A stretch of DNA of 64,000 nucleotides from Perkinsela sp. CCAP 1560/9. Its lineage: Eukaryota; Protista; Euglenozoa: Kinetoplastea. Position numbers and translations under genes: made by a program. Positions 1 through 11,318 of this stretch are shown here, one piece after another. The notes beneath the pieces are model-generated. The model made no database searches, had not been told where the DNA came from, and worked only from the letters and a program-made list of their open reading frames with translations. The number at the start of each line of letters is the position of its first letter. The first letter of the stretch is position 1. Location: contig CBFFSA010000003.1 in assembly GCA_965644495.1 (NCBI GenBank), positions 806,001 through 870,000 of the forward strand, written 5' to 3'.

Positions 1-716
1 AAAGTTTCTTGGTAGCAATCGGAATACCACTTTCCGGATTCAATTATAATCTACGATATCTATTACTTTCTACTTTCTGGTTCTCCTCCTTCTACTTCTA
101 CTTCGTCCGTGCATGGTACATCCCGATCATGCAAGGAGTAATTACAATGAATGTAGCTCACATGGGAATTCGTCGATTGCCGTAGTGGCCGATGCACTTC
201 AAGAGGTTTATGAAATGCTCTTGCTTCTTTACGTTTCGCATTATTGTACCCATATTTCACGCATTGTAGCGCAACAGTCCATTGAGCACTTTCCATAATT
301 ATAGCGCCACTGTCTAGTCCGGTACTTTATGCGTTACTTGTATGGTGGGCAGCATCGGGCGTGGTTGCTATGAACTCCCCTTAGCGTACTTTTTACCATA
401 AAGATTTAGTTCCCGTTACCCCCCTCACTTTTCCGGAAGGGCATCTGCTTGACCGAGACTTCTTCGACTCGAGCATGAAGGCAATTAATTTGGGTCAAGG
501 CACGACTGTGTCGAGCTAGACAAGTCACAATCATTTTGTTGAGCTTGTCGGTTTCCTGATCGAGCATGAGAAGCTCGTGCTCCTCCACAGCAACAGAGGC
601 ACCCTCGTGGCGGAGTCGCTCAGCAAGGAAGACGGCTCCCATTTTGCAAAGTAAGGTCCATAACCACCTAGCCTTACCCCTTCAGACTCGATGCCCGGAA
701 GCGTAAACGGGGGTGC

Positions 717-846
717 GGATTATTATTGCATTTTGGATTATTATTTCATTTCGGTATATTATTGCACTTTCGGATTATTATTGCATTTTACACATTATTA
801 TTGCACTTTCGGATTATTATAGTATTTTGGATTATTATTGCACTTC
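717..846. repeat. Tandem minisatellite, 7 units of ~18-20 bp (GGATTATTATTGCACTTTC)
   Basis: Seven adjacent degenerate copies are readable directly, with no spacers. Confidence 0.9.
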
Positions 847-1301
847 ACCACGAACGAGACGTCGCGACAATTAAATTCACCCCTCTGGATGGCTGCAAGA
901 GCGCTTCTGGTGGTCTGCGTGCCACGCGCAGTATCCCCTTTTCCAGCGCAGGCTGCGGCGCGCTCCAGGATTGTATTCATGTCAGTCTGTTCCTTTACAA
1001 ACAAGACAGCGCTGGGTCAGACATGGAGAAGTCCTTCCCGGATGATAATTCTGGGTCTCTACATGGAGCACAGTTCCTTAAAAGCAATCGCAGGACTTAT
1101 TCGGACATTGTCAGTTGGGATCAATTGGGGGATCTCGTCTTGAGACATGTAGACAATACTAAACAAGTAATCTAACCAACCAACCAACCCAACCAACACT
1201 GAGAAAAATAGCTTAGCTGAGAATATCTCAGCTAAGGTGCTTACAACTCAACAAGTAATATAAACATGCAGTAAGAGTAGAACACTAATGAGCTGAAACC
1301 A

Positions 1302-1341
1302 CCTGAGTTTGCCTGGGTTTGCCTAGATTTGTCTGGGTTTG
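1302..1341. repeat. 10-bp tandem repeat (CCTGGGTTTG x4); two more units near 2968-2987
   Basis: cctgagtttg cctgggtttg cctagatttg tctgggtttg. Confidence 0.75.
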
Positions 1342-2072
1342 CGACAAGAAAACCCCCGAAACCCCTGGCATACCATGGAAAATAACGGATAAAGGGTGTA
1401 AAATGACCCCCTACGTAGATAATGTCTTTTTGTTGAAAAGAACAACATCAAGCTAAAAAGTCATAAAAAAGCGAATTTTCCTTTACTTTCACCCCAATTT
1501 TCTATGTTGTACAGTGGTTTCAAGATATCTTCCCCCTTGCGGAAATTTGATTTTTTTATCTGTTTTTTCTCATTTTTGCAGGATTGGATAGATCTCGTTC
1601 CTCTGGTCAAAAGTTTTGCCGCCTTGTTTATGTAGGGACCCCCTGGCTTCCCCTGGGTCCAAAATACTTGGTTTTTTGGGGGGTCATTTGTCTGAAACAC
1701 ATCATTTCTTCTCGCTTTTTTTGTCGTTTTATGCTTTGTCAAAATATTTTCTCTCGGACTTTAGCTTGTTTTTATTGTATTTGATAGATCTCGGTCCTAG
1801 CAAATACCTTTGTTCCTTTTTCTTATTTGATGGGGAAATCTTTGCCACAGCCGCCTCGACCACCACCCGGTTTTCAACCGGCAGGCTTTTCTTGATCGAG
1901 TGAGGTGGCCACCTTCCAGCGGCAAGATGAATGAGTGTTTCCACTCACGTACCTCAGGGGAGACACCCCATTACAGGGTACTCGCTCCCTACACACTCTC
2001 TGCACCCTCCTGCACCCTCCTGCACCCCCAACCTGGACCCGGCTTCGCCCCCCACTATACTCTCCATACGTA

Positions 2073-2865
2073 CAGTCCAGGTACTGGATCCCCCCCAGGC
2101 TCCAGAACACACCGTAAGAGCTTTTGATCTAATTCCTTCGGCATTGAACAGATCTCGAAAAACTAGAGCGTTTACCACCGTTTGTTTGCCTATCACCCCC
2201 CCCCCCTGGGTCAAAACTATTTAGAAAAAACACGAAAAAATGGCATGATTTTACTACAGAATCCCAATATTTCAAAAATTTGGGAGTTTTTTATTCGAAT
2301 ATGGTTTCTCATTCTATGAATTTGAGGGATACTCCCGTCAAATCTACTAAAGATCAGTACTAAAGGTCAGTACAACTCGCCGAAAAGCAATATACCCCCT
2401 ATTACCCATAAGGCGTCACGATGTGCACTCCCAGAGCGCCTTGACCGAATTGTGAAGGAAAATTTGAAACCAGAGACTGAAAAATAGCTCCGGAAGGCGA
2501 TAAAGCCTTTATGATGCTTAAGCGTCATCCTTATCGACTCCAATACTTAGTTTGTATAAATTCGGTTCCTAAACGCTTGCGAATTGTACGGAGCGTTCAA
2601 GGGGACCATTGTATATAGGAATCTACCACCTATAGGAATCTACCACCGTATACACATTTTTTTCAATTTTTACCCCCCCCCTCAAATTTTTTTTTTTGAA
2701 TTTTGCCAACTTTCACCACTCCCACCTAGGACCCAGGGTGGATTATAGGCAAAGCAACTGTGGGAAACGCTCTAGTTTTTCGAGATCTGTCGAATGCCGA
2801 AGGAATTAGGTCAAAAGCTCTTACGGTGTGTTCTGGAGCCTGGGGGGAAACCAATACCTGGACTG
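2073..2865. mobile_element. Non-autonomous TIR element (Tc1/mariner-type, TA target duplication), ~140-bp TIRs
   Basis: TA|CAGTCCAGGTA...TACCTGGACTG|TA. 2073-2211 is the inverted complement of ~2730-2865. A solo right end recurs at 39645-39679. Confidence 0.9.
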
Positions 2866-4397
2866 TATATCCCCTTGGAGCCCATTAGACCCACCCGGAT
2901 TCTCCAGCGAACTCCATAGCCGGAAAAACGCCAAGTACCTTCGCCATTGGTTTCTCTTGGGACCTGACTGGGTTTGCCTGGGTTTGCATTTTACTGGTTT
3001 CAGCCCTCTAATTCGTCGGATAACTCAGCGGTTTTATGGTTACATGTAGTAGCGTACGGCAACACAAAACGGAGTAACTGGGCTCACAGATTTATCTCTT
3101 AAAAGAATGGATCAGTAGACAAACAAAATCATTTTCCCCGAGTCCCGTCTGGGGGCGATCCATACATGTATGCTCAGCCGTCAATCAACCTGGGGTCCCG
3201 TCAGATAAGAAGAGCAGGCTATGCAAAGGCTTCGTGCAACCAACCAAAAAGGCATCGTGGATAACCAAAACAAGAAGTATACTACACATAAAATATATGG
3301 TTGGATAATTCGTAATTCAAATTACTAACGCAAAGCTTACATAAGGCCGAAGCAAATTCTTTGGCGAGCGCACCCTCCATCGCCATCTGGAACCATTCAC
3401 ATGCTGCCGTCGTTCGTCTTCGTACCGATGCCGCCAGGTGCTTCTCGTAGTCGTGAAAGGTCCGCCGAAGGGCGTCGGGGTCCTCTCGCCCTTCGCAAAA
3501 CTGTACTGCGGGTCGTATCTGACCGCTTACCCTCCGGCGTTGCTCGGCTGAAATTCTGTGCCGCAAAGCTTGTTGTAAACCTGGGGTCACCCCAATTTCA
3601 AAATCAAAGTTTGCTGGCAATTTTGATATTAAAGTGTCAACCCCAAAATGTTTGATAGTAAAGTGTCGGCGGGTTACTATCAAAATCACCTTTTTCCTAA
3701 GATTCATACTTAAAAAGGTTAAGTCAGGTTCCCCGTGTTGAAGAACTGTGTGAGAACTAGTTGGTCGGCGTGTTTACCATCAATGGAGTGGCAGTGCATT
3801 TTTCCAAATAAAACTCGAGAAAACAGAGCATAAACTTTTTGAGAAAATACATAAAAATTGAATAACGAAGGAGAATTTCGCCTGCGGCGCATTTTTGTTT
3901 TTTAGCAGAGATTTCTGTTCGATCAAATGTTTTCGAATTAATACAGATTTTAGTATTACTGTGCCCCCCGCCACTTATTGTATTGTGTTGTATAGTGCCG
4001 CGGGGTACCCCCCACTTATAGTGCCGTTTTGAAAAAAAATGTCCGAAAAAAATTTGACCGATTTTTTTAACCAAAAAGGTAGAGTAAATACATACCTATG
4101 TGGTAAACTAACCAATAAGCCAAATAAACCATTTCACTGAGCGGTAAACCATGTTGGTTCGTCGCCAACGATGTGTGATAATAACAATACAACATGGTTT
4201 GAATAGCTACGTTGGAAGGTATACTATAAAAGAATTTTATGAATCGCATCTGGAGCTGAGAATAACATGCACACATGCCATGAAAGAATATTGGGACTCG
4301 CATCAGAAGCCGAGAATAGCATACACGCAATAAATTTTTAGATCTAAATTCTAAGAAGTCTATGCCATACCTCCATCGGTTTGGTACAAAAGCGCTT

Positions 4398-4598
4398 CTA
4401 CATGAAGATATTTGTTATCTTAGCAACTTGATCAATATTGGCATGCAGGAACATTTGTAGTGCTACAGTTTGCGGGGAAATTGAAGCTCGCTGTGAATCA
4501 AACTTGTGACTCATTATCGAAAGTATCGAATCGCAATAAGTAACAACAGGGGGTATCCAAAAATAACAGCGCGCAAGTCTGTACACCTCTGGGAACAT
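4398..4598 (-). pseudogene. hAT transposase C-terminal dimerisation-domain fragment
   Basis: FPEVYRLARCYFWIPPVVTYCDSILS...RASISPQTVALQMFLHAN fits the hAT motif FPxLxxLARxxLxIP...R..L.P......FL..N. Confidence 0.65.
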
Positions 4599-5497
4599 AA
4601 ATCGTCCTGTGTTCTCCCACCACTCGCGTTCCTTGCAAGTCTCACCTTCCCATTTAAAATTCGTGCAATTTACGTATTCTTCTCATGTATTCTCAGAGCA
4701 CGAACACATAGCTTTACCGTTCTCCAGTAGATCATTCATCTTTAACACGGAAGGAACTGTTAGTCTTTTGTTGCGCGCGGTCGACGCGGAAGCTCCACTT
4801 GGAAAAATCCGGCTTTTAGGTCTCTTTTTACCGCTTGTTCGTGAGTAGTTTGATAAACGAATGTAACTGGTTGGCTGATAGGAACATTAGCTTTGTAGAA
4901 CATTTCCAAATTCTGTTTTTGCTGGTTTGACGTACGTTGTAAAGAGTATGAGTTCCTCGGGTTGGCCGGCTTTTTAACTTTTCTGGAGGCTAAGGGAATT
5001 CGATGTGTGAGTTCAAACGTGTTCAAAACAAATTCGCCGCTGTCGGTCCCGGACTCAGTACAGAGCTGGAAAAGGGTGATGCCCTTGATAGGCTTCTTCT
5101 TTTTCCGTTTGATAGAGTAAAATACTATAGAGTGCTTCACAGTAAGTACTGTAGAGTGTTAAGAAATGACCTTCGTGGACTGCAAGCATAGTACTACACT
5201 CAGCTCGTAGTAAATACAATCATTTTAATAACTAGAAAAGTTGCACAATGGAAGAATTTACATTGTCCTGCGAGCATATGGATGTGCTACAATGGAACTC
5301 CCACTCGAAAAATGTTTACTAGTGAATTAACTGTATATTAGCAGTATACAAGATCGAGCAGCATGTGTTTTATGACAGGACTAGACACCATTGGCAATCT
5401 AGTTGATTGCACCACATTGAGTGGTCAATTTATGAACGTAAATCTTCTTTTTCCTTCCAAGCTCCCCGATTTTTCCTACACTTTTACTCCCTCCTCC

Positions 5498-5944
5498 ATG
5501 TCCAGCGGTAACTGTTACAACTGCGGAGAGTCCGGCCACTTAGCGCGTGAGTGCCCCACCAACAGCGGCAACTCTGGCTCCTCTGGCGGTGCCTGCTACA
5601 ACTGCGGGAAGACGGGACACCTGGCGCGTAACTGCCCCGAGGGCGGAAACAACAACTCCAGCCGAGGAGGCGGTAACCTCCGCTGCTACAACTGCGGCGA
5701 GTACGGACACATTAGCCGCGAGTGTCCCCAGGCCCAGCAGGGCGACGGCCAGCGCGGTGGGGGCTACGGAAACCGCTCCTGCTACAACTGTGGCCAGCAG
5801 GGACACATCAGCCGCGAGTGTCCCCAGGGCAGCGGCGGGTCCCGCGGGGGATACGGAGGAGGCCGCGGCCGTGGCGGTGGCGGTGGCAACTGCTTCAAGT
5901 GTGGCGAGTCGGGTCACTTCGCTCGGGAGTGCCCCCAGGCGTAA
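5498..5944 (+). CDS. Five-CCHC zinc-knuckle nucleic-acid-binding protein (UMSBP/CNBP/HEXBP family)
   Basis: Five CxxCxxxxHxxxxC knuckles with Gly/RGG linkers. ATG 5498 follows a pyrimidine tract; the ORF track start at 5363 is probably too long. Confidence 0.92.
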   Translation: MSSGNCYNCGESGHLARECPTNSGNSGSSGGACYNCGKTGHLARNCPEGGNNNSSRGGGNLRCYNCGEYGHISRECPQAQQGDGQRGGGYGNRSCYNCGQQGHISRECPQGSGGSRGGYGGGRGRGGGGGNCFKCGESGHFARECPQA

Positions 5945-6493
5945 GAGGAAAGAAAAGGGGGTGTCTCGTGCGGCGTGTGGTGAAGTGAAAAGCTGAGTTA
6001 CTTTGTTTTTGTTCAATGGGCCAAGAGCCTTGTTTTGTATTTTGATGCGGAATACGGTAAATTCGATTGTTGAAAGGGTATGTGCGTTTAAGAGTCTTTG
6101 GTTGAGGAGTTCTTAGGTAGTTGTTTGTTATGGGCGGCTGTAAAGCGGATTTGAATCTTAGAAAAGCGCTGATCTGTTCACTGTACTGTATGTAGCACGC
6201 TTTGCAATACAAAATACGGTATGGTGTTACAATGTATGTCTGCATGCTTTTCATTGCGCCCGTGCACTAAGTTATTTTTTTCTCGTGTTTGTTTTGGTCT
6301 TATTGTAATTTAGCCAATCTTTTTTCGTTAGTATCAATACTTTTATATTTCAAACTGTAAATTTTTAGAGATAGCAGAACAACGATTTCGCTGCTCTACC
6401 GTAAAACTCACTTAGCTTTGGCCAAACTGAGGATTGTTGTTTTAATTAGCATAGATTTTTTTTAGCTTTTCAGTTCCGTCATCAAGCTTTGCC

Positions 6494-6946
6494 ATGTCCA
6501 GAAAAGTCACAAAGGAAAAGAAGGAAGAGACCCGGCGCTATGGGCCCAATGTCGAGCCTGACACCAACGTGTTCGGGATGCTCCACATCTACGCCAGCTC
6601 CAACGACACGTTTGTTCACGTGACCGATCTCACCGGCCGGGAGACGATTTGCAAAGTCACAGGGGGGATGAAAGTAAAAGCAGACCGCGATGAGAACAGC
6701 CCCTATGCTGCTATGCAGGCCGCTCAAGATGTTGCTGCCCGCTGCAAGGAGTGTGGCATCACGGCCGTACACATTAAGATGCGTGCTAGAGGTGGTGTGG
6801 GGTCGAAGACCTTTGGCCCCGGAGCTCAAAGTGCGCTGCGTGCCATTGCGCGCAGTGGAATTAAAATTGGTCGTATCGAGGATACCACTCCAGTGCCCAC
6901 GGATAGTACTCGACGCAAGGGAGGGCGCCGTGGTCGTCGCTTGTAA
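6494..6946 (+). CDS. RPS14: 40S ribosomal protein S14 (uS11)
   Basis: [34 protein letters not shown]-terminal [10 protein letters not shown]. Confidence 0.99.
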   Translation: MSRKVTKEKKEETRRYGPNVEPDTNVFGMLHIYASSNDTFVHVTDLTGRETICKVTGGMKVKADRDENSPYAAMQAAQDVAARCKECGITAVHIKMRARGGVGSKTFGPGAQSALRAIARSGIKIGRIEDTTPVPTDSTRRKGGRRGRRL

Positions 6947-7278
6947 GTCTTTATACATGCAGTGTTCGTTTTGCTGGAGGTGAAGAAAGTGAGTTAAGTA
7001 CGAAGCAGGTGAATTCCGTGACAGCGGAAGAAAATAATGTATTGACGTGCCATCGACGGTATTCATAAAAAATATAGTTCTTTCTTTAGTTTCTACATGT
7101 GTTCAACCGTTCATTCAACGCATTTTACTAATCAAGAGATAAAGAATCAGATCAATTTATTGTACTTACATATTTTACAACTACAATTTCGCATACATAC
7201 GTCATATTTCAATTAGAAGGATAAAAATGTTTTCTATTTAAAGAACGTATATTTAAGAACGTATATTTGTATATTTAT

Positions 7279-7980
7279 ATGCCCTACCAACCGCTAAGAC
7301 TCTTAGTACAAAAGCAAGTAAAACTGTACGACCGAAAAAATCGAAGTGACCACGCTTCATATCGGAAGGCTGGAGTAGAACTTATGCGTATAGCGACTGA
7401 TTCGAAAAGGATGGAGAAGTTTGTTCATCACAACTATCGACAAATTTTGGGTACTTACCAAGTCAACCCTGTCGGCATATTTCGCAACGATCAGATGCCC
7501 TTTTTGAATGCGTCCAATCCAAACGAAGTTACCCCACAACAGAAACGATTCGAGGATAATCAGTCGCGCCAACTCAAATGGACTGAAATATATAATGCTC
7601 TCCCACCGGATATTAAAGATGAGTACAAGGCTCGGTCTGAAATGATGCGTACATTTTCTAACAAAGTTTATCAAATTATTCAAGACCGTAAGTCACGAAG
7701 TTTCTACGAATTCCGTCGCGCTGTTTGGGATAAGCTGCCTACGTTGCCTATGACTTCAAAATTAAGCGATCTGTCTTACAAAAAGATGCTCGCCTCGCAG
7801 AAATGGAAGAATCTAGACGAAGCCAGCAAAAAAAAATTCAAAGAATTTGCCGAAGGCAAAAAACTTCGATATCGATACTTTTACGAGACCATCGCGGAGA
7901 TGGCGCGCGAAAGGATCCTACGTGAGTGCGACGATGTAAAAGTTCAGAAAAGGTTTAAATCCAAAACTCGTGGAAAATGA
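7279..7980 (+). CDS. Basic HMG-box-like protein, possible kinetoplast-DNA-associated protein (KAP-like)
   Basis: Two HMG helix-like segments (WTEIYNALPPDIKDEYKARSE; SQKWKNLDEASKKKFKEFA); Lys/Arg rich. Confidence 0.55.
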   Translation: MPYQPLRLLVQKQVKLYDRKNRSDHASYRKAGVELMRIATDSKRMEKFVHHNYRQILGTYQVNPVGIFRNDQMPFLNASNPNEVTPQQKRFEDNQSRQLKWTEIYNALPPDIKDEYKARSEMMRTFSNKVYQIIQDRKSRSFYEFRRAVWDKLPTLPMTSKLSDLSYKKMLASQKWKNLDEASKKKFKEFAEGKKLRYRYFYETIAEMARERILRECDDVKVQKRFKSKTRGK

Positions 7981-8254
7981 ACTGAATCCAGAAGATAGTG
8001 GGATTATTAAGCCCAATACGTCGCATGCCAACCGGTATACCAACTACGTAACCTTAACTCTGTTTAACATTTTTTATTCGCATGCCAAAACGAAAAATCT
8101 CTTCGCTTCTTAAGGATATGCTAATCGGAAAATATTCCCATTTCATATATACATTCTTAAATTTACATTCTTTATAATTTATATTCTTTTATAACAAAGA
8201 AGTGTTTTGTACTGTTTTGCACTCTTCTAATAGACACCGTTTACATTACGTCCA

Positions 8255-9091
8255 ATGCCGCGTCGAACTCGGCGTATGACAAAACACGCCGAAACAGGAG
8301 GGTCACATCCAGATGACCGGGCCTCCTCCCCCGAGTCGGAATCTCCTCCAAAGAAGACCGTCGTGCACCCTGGTAAGCGTCATCCAAAGGCATGGAACGA
8401 ACCCTACTCGATGACTTACGTCGCGCCCAAGTCTCTTAAAAGTCTACACAAAGTTGTACTCCCCGCATCTCAGACTATAGCCTCGCCCCAGGTCCATCCT
8501 GTAGTGCTCCATGGCCTCAGTCATGAGTCCTGCGACACGGAGATTTGGTCCGACCTCCAGCAGCGACTAGGCAACACACTTCTGGCACGAATGTATGAAA
8601 TGGCGATCGTTCGCTCCTGGAGTGATAAATTTCTCTACCTCCACTGCTACACGGCGGAGGATGTTGAGCGTCTGAAACAGCAGTGGAAAGAAAAGCTTAA
8701 CCAAAATATGAATGAGGGTACGGAGAAGGAGGGAAAAGAAACAGGAACAGGCTCCATTCTGGCTCACTTCGAGGAGGATTGGGAAAATGCGACAGATGTT
8801 GAAATGATAATGTTTGAGATGCAGACTCGTGTGCCCTTTGGTGTGCGTTTTGAAATGTTTCGTTGCCGTGTTCTCTCTCACGCTGGGTTTCGAAAATGGA
8901 TTTCGGAAACAGAATCGAGCCCAATTCGGCGACTCCCCATGAATGAGTTCATGAAAATCTTGAAGTGGGTTGAGAGTGATGAGCAGAAGTATGGTCCTTT
9001 GGAAGAGTTTATCTTATTTCACGGTGCCGCGAGTCTTACCTTGGAATACGATTACGAAACAGAGAGCTGTCACGTAGTTGTTCGCACATAG
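8255..9091 (+). CDS. Hypothetical protein
   Basis: 278-aa ORF on the coding strand between AT-rich spacers; no motif recognised. Confidence 0.75.
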   Translation: MPRRTRRMTKHAETGGSHPDDRASSPESESPPKKTVVHPGKRHPKAWNEPYSMTYVAPKSLKSLHKVVLPASQTIASPQVHPVVLHGLSHESCDTEIWSDLQQRLGNTLLARMYEMAIVRSWSDKFLYLHCYTAEDVERLKQQWKEKLNQNMNEGTEKEGKETGTGSILAHFEEDWENATDVEMIMFEMQTRVPFGVRFEMFRCRVLSHAGFRKWISETESSPIRRLPMNEFMKILKWVESDEQKYGPLEEFILFHGAASLTLEYDYETESCHVVVRT

Positions 9092-9350
9092 CCCGTATGA
9101 GATGGTGTGGATCGCGACGAAAGTATTGGAGTAGGGCGAGTACATGTCTGGGCACACACCACACAACCTAATCCCAGTAGTACATTGTATATTCATAGAT
9201 AACATTTTTGTACAAAATCATTAAAACAGCTAGACACTGCATCCAAAACTGTGTGACTGAATTACTAACTATAATGTAATTAAGAGTCGTCCACCTGTTT
9301 TTATTTGGCATTCAAATCGATCTCACTGATTTACTACAAACCATTTCACT

Positions 9351-10970
9351 ATGGAGGAACCCATAGAAGACCCCAACCCTTCCTCGTCCGACCCCCATGC
9401 ACTGGACATCAGTTCTACAGTGCCCGCGGAATCTCACATCCCCGGAACTCACCGACTTTACCTTCACCAAATTCCCTCTGACATGAGCCCGCAGGACCTG
9501 CTTGCAACCCTCGAGCAACGCTTCGGCTCCGGCAAAGTCGCCGACACGCAAATTCTCACGTTAGGAGATCCCGGGGAGCTGGCACTGGGTTACGTCGAGT
9601 ATTACACGGAGGAGAGTTACACGCACGCGCTGGAACAACCTCAAATACCTGTACAGGATAATCCCGCTCCCGATACCCGCCACAAACCCGACTCCTCAAC
9701 CCCGCCAACCATTCTTATCAGCACCAGTTTGGTTTTACCCGACCCTGAGCCCACATTTCCAGATCTCCCCACCCCCTCCCCGGACGACCCCCACCGCTCC
9801 AACACGCCCCTCCCCGCGACCTCCCCTCCTCACGACCCCCTCCCCCCCCCTGCCTCCCCCCCGGATGAAAAAAACGACGACCTCACCTACCTGGGCCCGA
9901 TGCGACTCGTCGAGTCGCTCTACCGCTCCACCTCCGAGATGTCCCTCTCCTTCCGCGCCCTCGAGTCCTCCTTTGCCTCCTACCTCGTGTGCCGGGTCCC
10001 GGAGCTCTCCACGGTCTTATACTCCGCTGAGCTCGGGCTCTGGCCCTTGTTGAACCCCACCACCGCAGAGAAGGTACAGAAACTGTACGCACGCAGCACC
10101 GAGGACCAGCCTCGGCCTGTGGTCCTCATCGTCGGCTGTGAGGGGATCCAAAAATTTGTGGGGTACCTCTATGTCTGCGGGGAGGTGACGACCCGTGAGA
10201 CCTTTATGAAATCCCAAAGGGAAACCAACAAAGGGAAGGGGAGCAAAGGAACACGCCTGGGTCTCCCGGAGACCTGGACACGGGTGTGTCCCGTGGCCTG
10301 GGTCCGGGTCGGGGGGGTTGCGTTCCAGGGGCTGGCGACCCACCCGGGGTTGCTCCCGGAGGAGCTGGAGAATGCCTCCGTGGAGGATACCCCGGATGGG
10401 GAGGAGATCCCGGCGGCGCACGGGAAGGCGCTGTGTAGTGTACTGGACACCACAACGTGTCTGCGTACCATGTCCCGACGGGACCGGGAGAGTACGGACC
10501 CGGGTCGGGCGTTTGTGGCCATAAGTACCGGGGTGGCGGGGGCGAGGGAGGGGGGTAGGGAGGGGGAGGCCTCTTCGAGAGCGGGAGGCGACGCCCGGTC
10601 GCGAGGACAGGGAGGGGATAATGCCCCGAATGGGGTATCCGGGGGTGTGCCGGGAGGATACGCGGCGGAAAGGCCCCATGGGGGGTCGGGTCCGCACATG
10701 GTGGGATCGACACGGAGTATCCTCCCTCATGGTGGTGTTCCGTACGGTAGCGGGTATAGTGGGTCGAATCATCCGGCCGGGGGTGGTAGATCCATGGGAA
10801 AAGGAGGTTCGGCGACTCCTCCTGAGGCAATGGGGACCTCACCTGCTGCGATTATGGAACAGCAGCGTCAGCAAATTGAGATGCTGCAAAGGCAGCTGAA
10901 AATGGCGCAGGGGGGTACTCCCCCGCAGAATGTGGCGATGTACCCTTCGGTGTATCCGGCACCACAGTAG
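9351..10970 (+). CDS. RRM + YTH-domain RNA-binding protein
   Basis: N-terminal RNP2 LYLHQI and RNP1 ALGYVEY. The central YLVCR..S..LGLWP..VVLIVG...KFVGY..W.RVCPVAW..DGEEI...GKAL follows the YTH consensus order. Confidence 0.7.
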   Translation: MEEPIEDPNPSSSDPHALDISSTVPAESHIPGTHRLYLHQIPSDMSPQDLLATLEQRFGSGKVADTQILTLGDPGELALGYVEYYTEESYTHALEQPQIPVQDNPAPDTRHKPDSSTPPTILISTSLVLPDPEPTFPDLPTPSPDDPHRSNTPLPATSPPHDPLPPPASPPDEKNDDLTYLGPMRLVESLYRSTSEMSLSFRALESSFASYLVCRVPELSTVLYSAELGLWPLLNPTTAEKVQKLYARSTEDQPRPVVLIVGCEGIQKFVGYLYVCGEVTTRETFMKSQRETNKGKGSKGTRLGLPETWTRVCPVAWVRVGGVAFQGLATHPGLLPEELENASVEDTPDGEEIPAAHGKALCSVLDTTTCLRTMSRRDRESTDPGRAFVAISTGVAGAREGGREGEASSRAGGDARSRGQGGDNAPNGVSGGVPGGYAAERPHGGSGPHMVGSTRSILPHGGVPYGSGYSGSNHPAGGGRSMGKGGSATPPEAMGTSPAAIMEQQRQQIEMLQRQLKMAQGGTPPQNVAMYPSVYPAPQ

Positions 10971-11318
10971 GGCTCGACCGGGGATAGGTAGGGTATTGGG
11001 GTGACAATCGTGTGTTCTTATATTATTCCTCCTGGCTCTGGTTGTTTTTTGATGGTGTGTAGTATACTTAAAACGCACGCTCTTCAGGACAAACCGGATC
11101 ACTATATTTGTATTCACATTCTGAAAAGTCGTTTCCTTAAAGCAAACGTGCTTTTTTTAGTTGATAGGATTCTTGAGTCATGACATATGAAATAACGTAT
11201 TGTGTAATACTCGTTTCAAAAATATGATATTTTTACTTTCGTAAGATGAATTTTTTGTACCGCGAAAACACATTATTGCGTTCTCCTTATATCGCACTGG
11301 CGTCAGTGATTCAGCATA

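Noticed and set aside
717-846. Repeat array as a CRISPR array
   Set aside because: Units are contiguous with no unique spacers, there are no cas genes, and the context is eukaryotic.
3282-3707. 141-aa minus-strand ORF, and ORFs at 406-1175
   Set aside because: They lie in a TE-relic region with no recognisable motif; a product cannot be supported.
10017-10842. Long antisense and alternative-frame ORFs here and at 5540-6016, 41551-41997 and 53528-54342
   Set aside because: Shadow ORFs caused by GC-rich, stop-poor islands overlapping real + strand genes.
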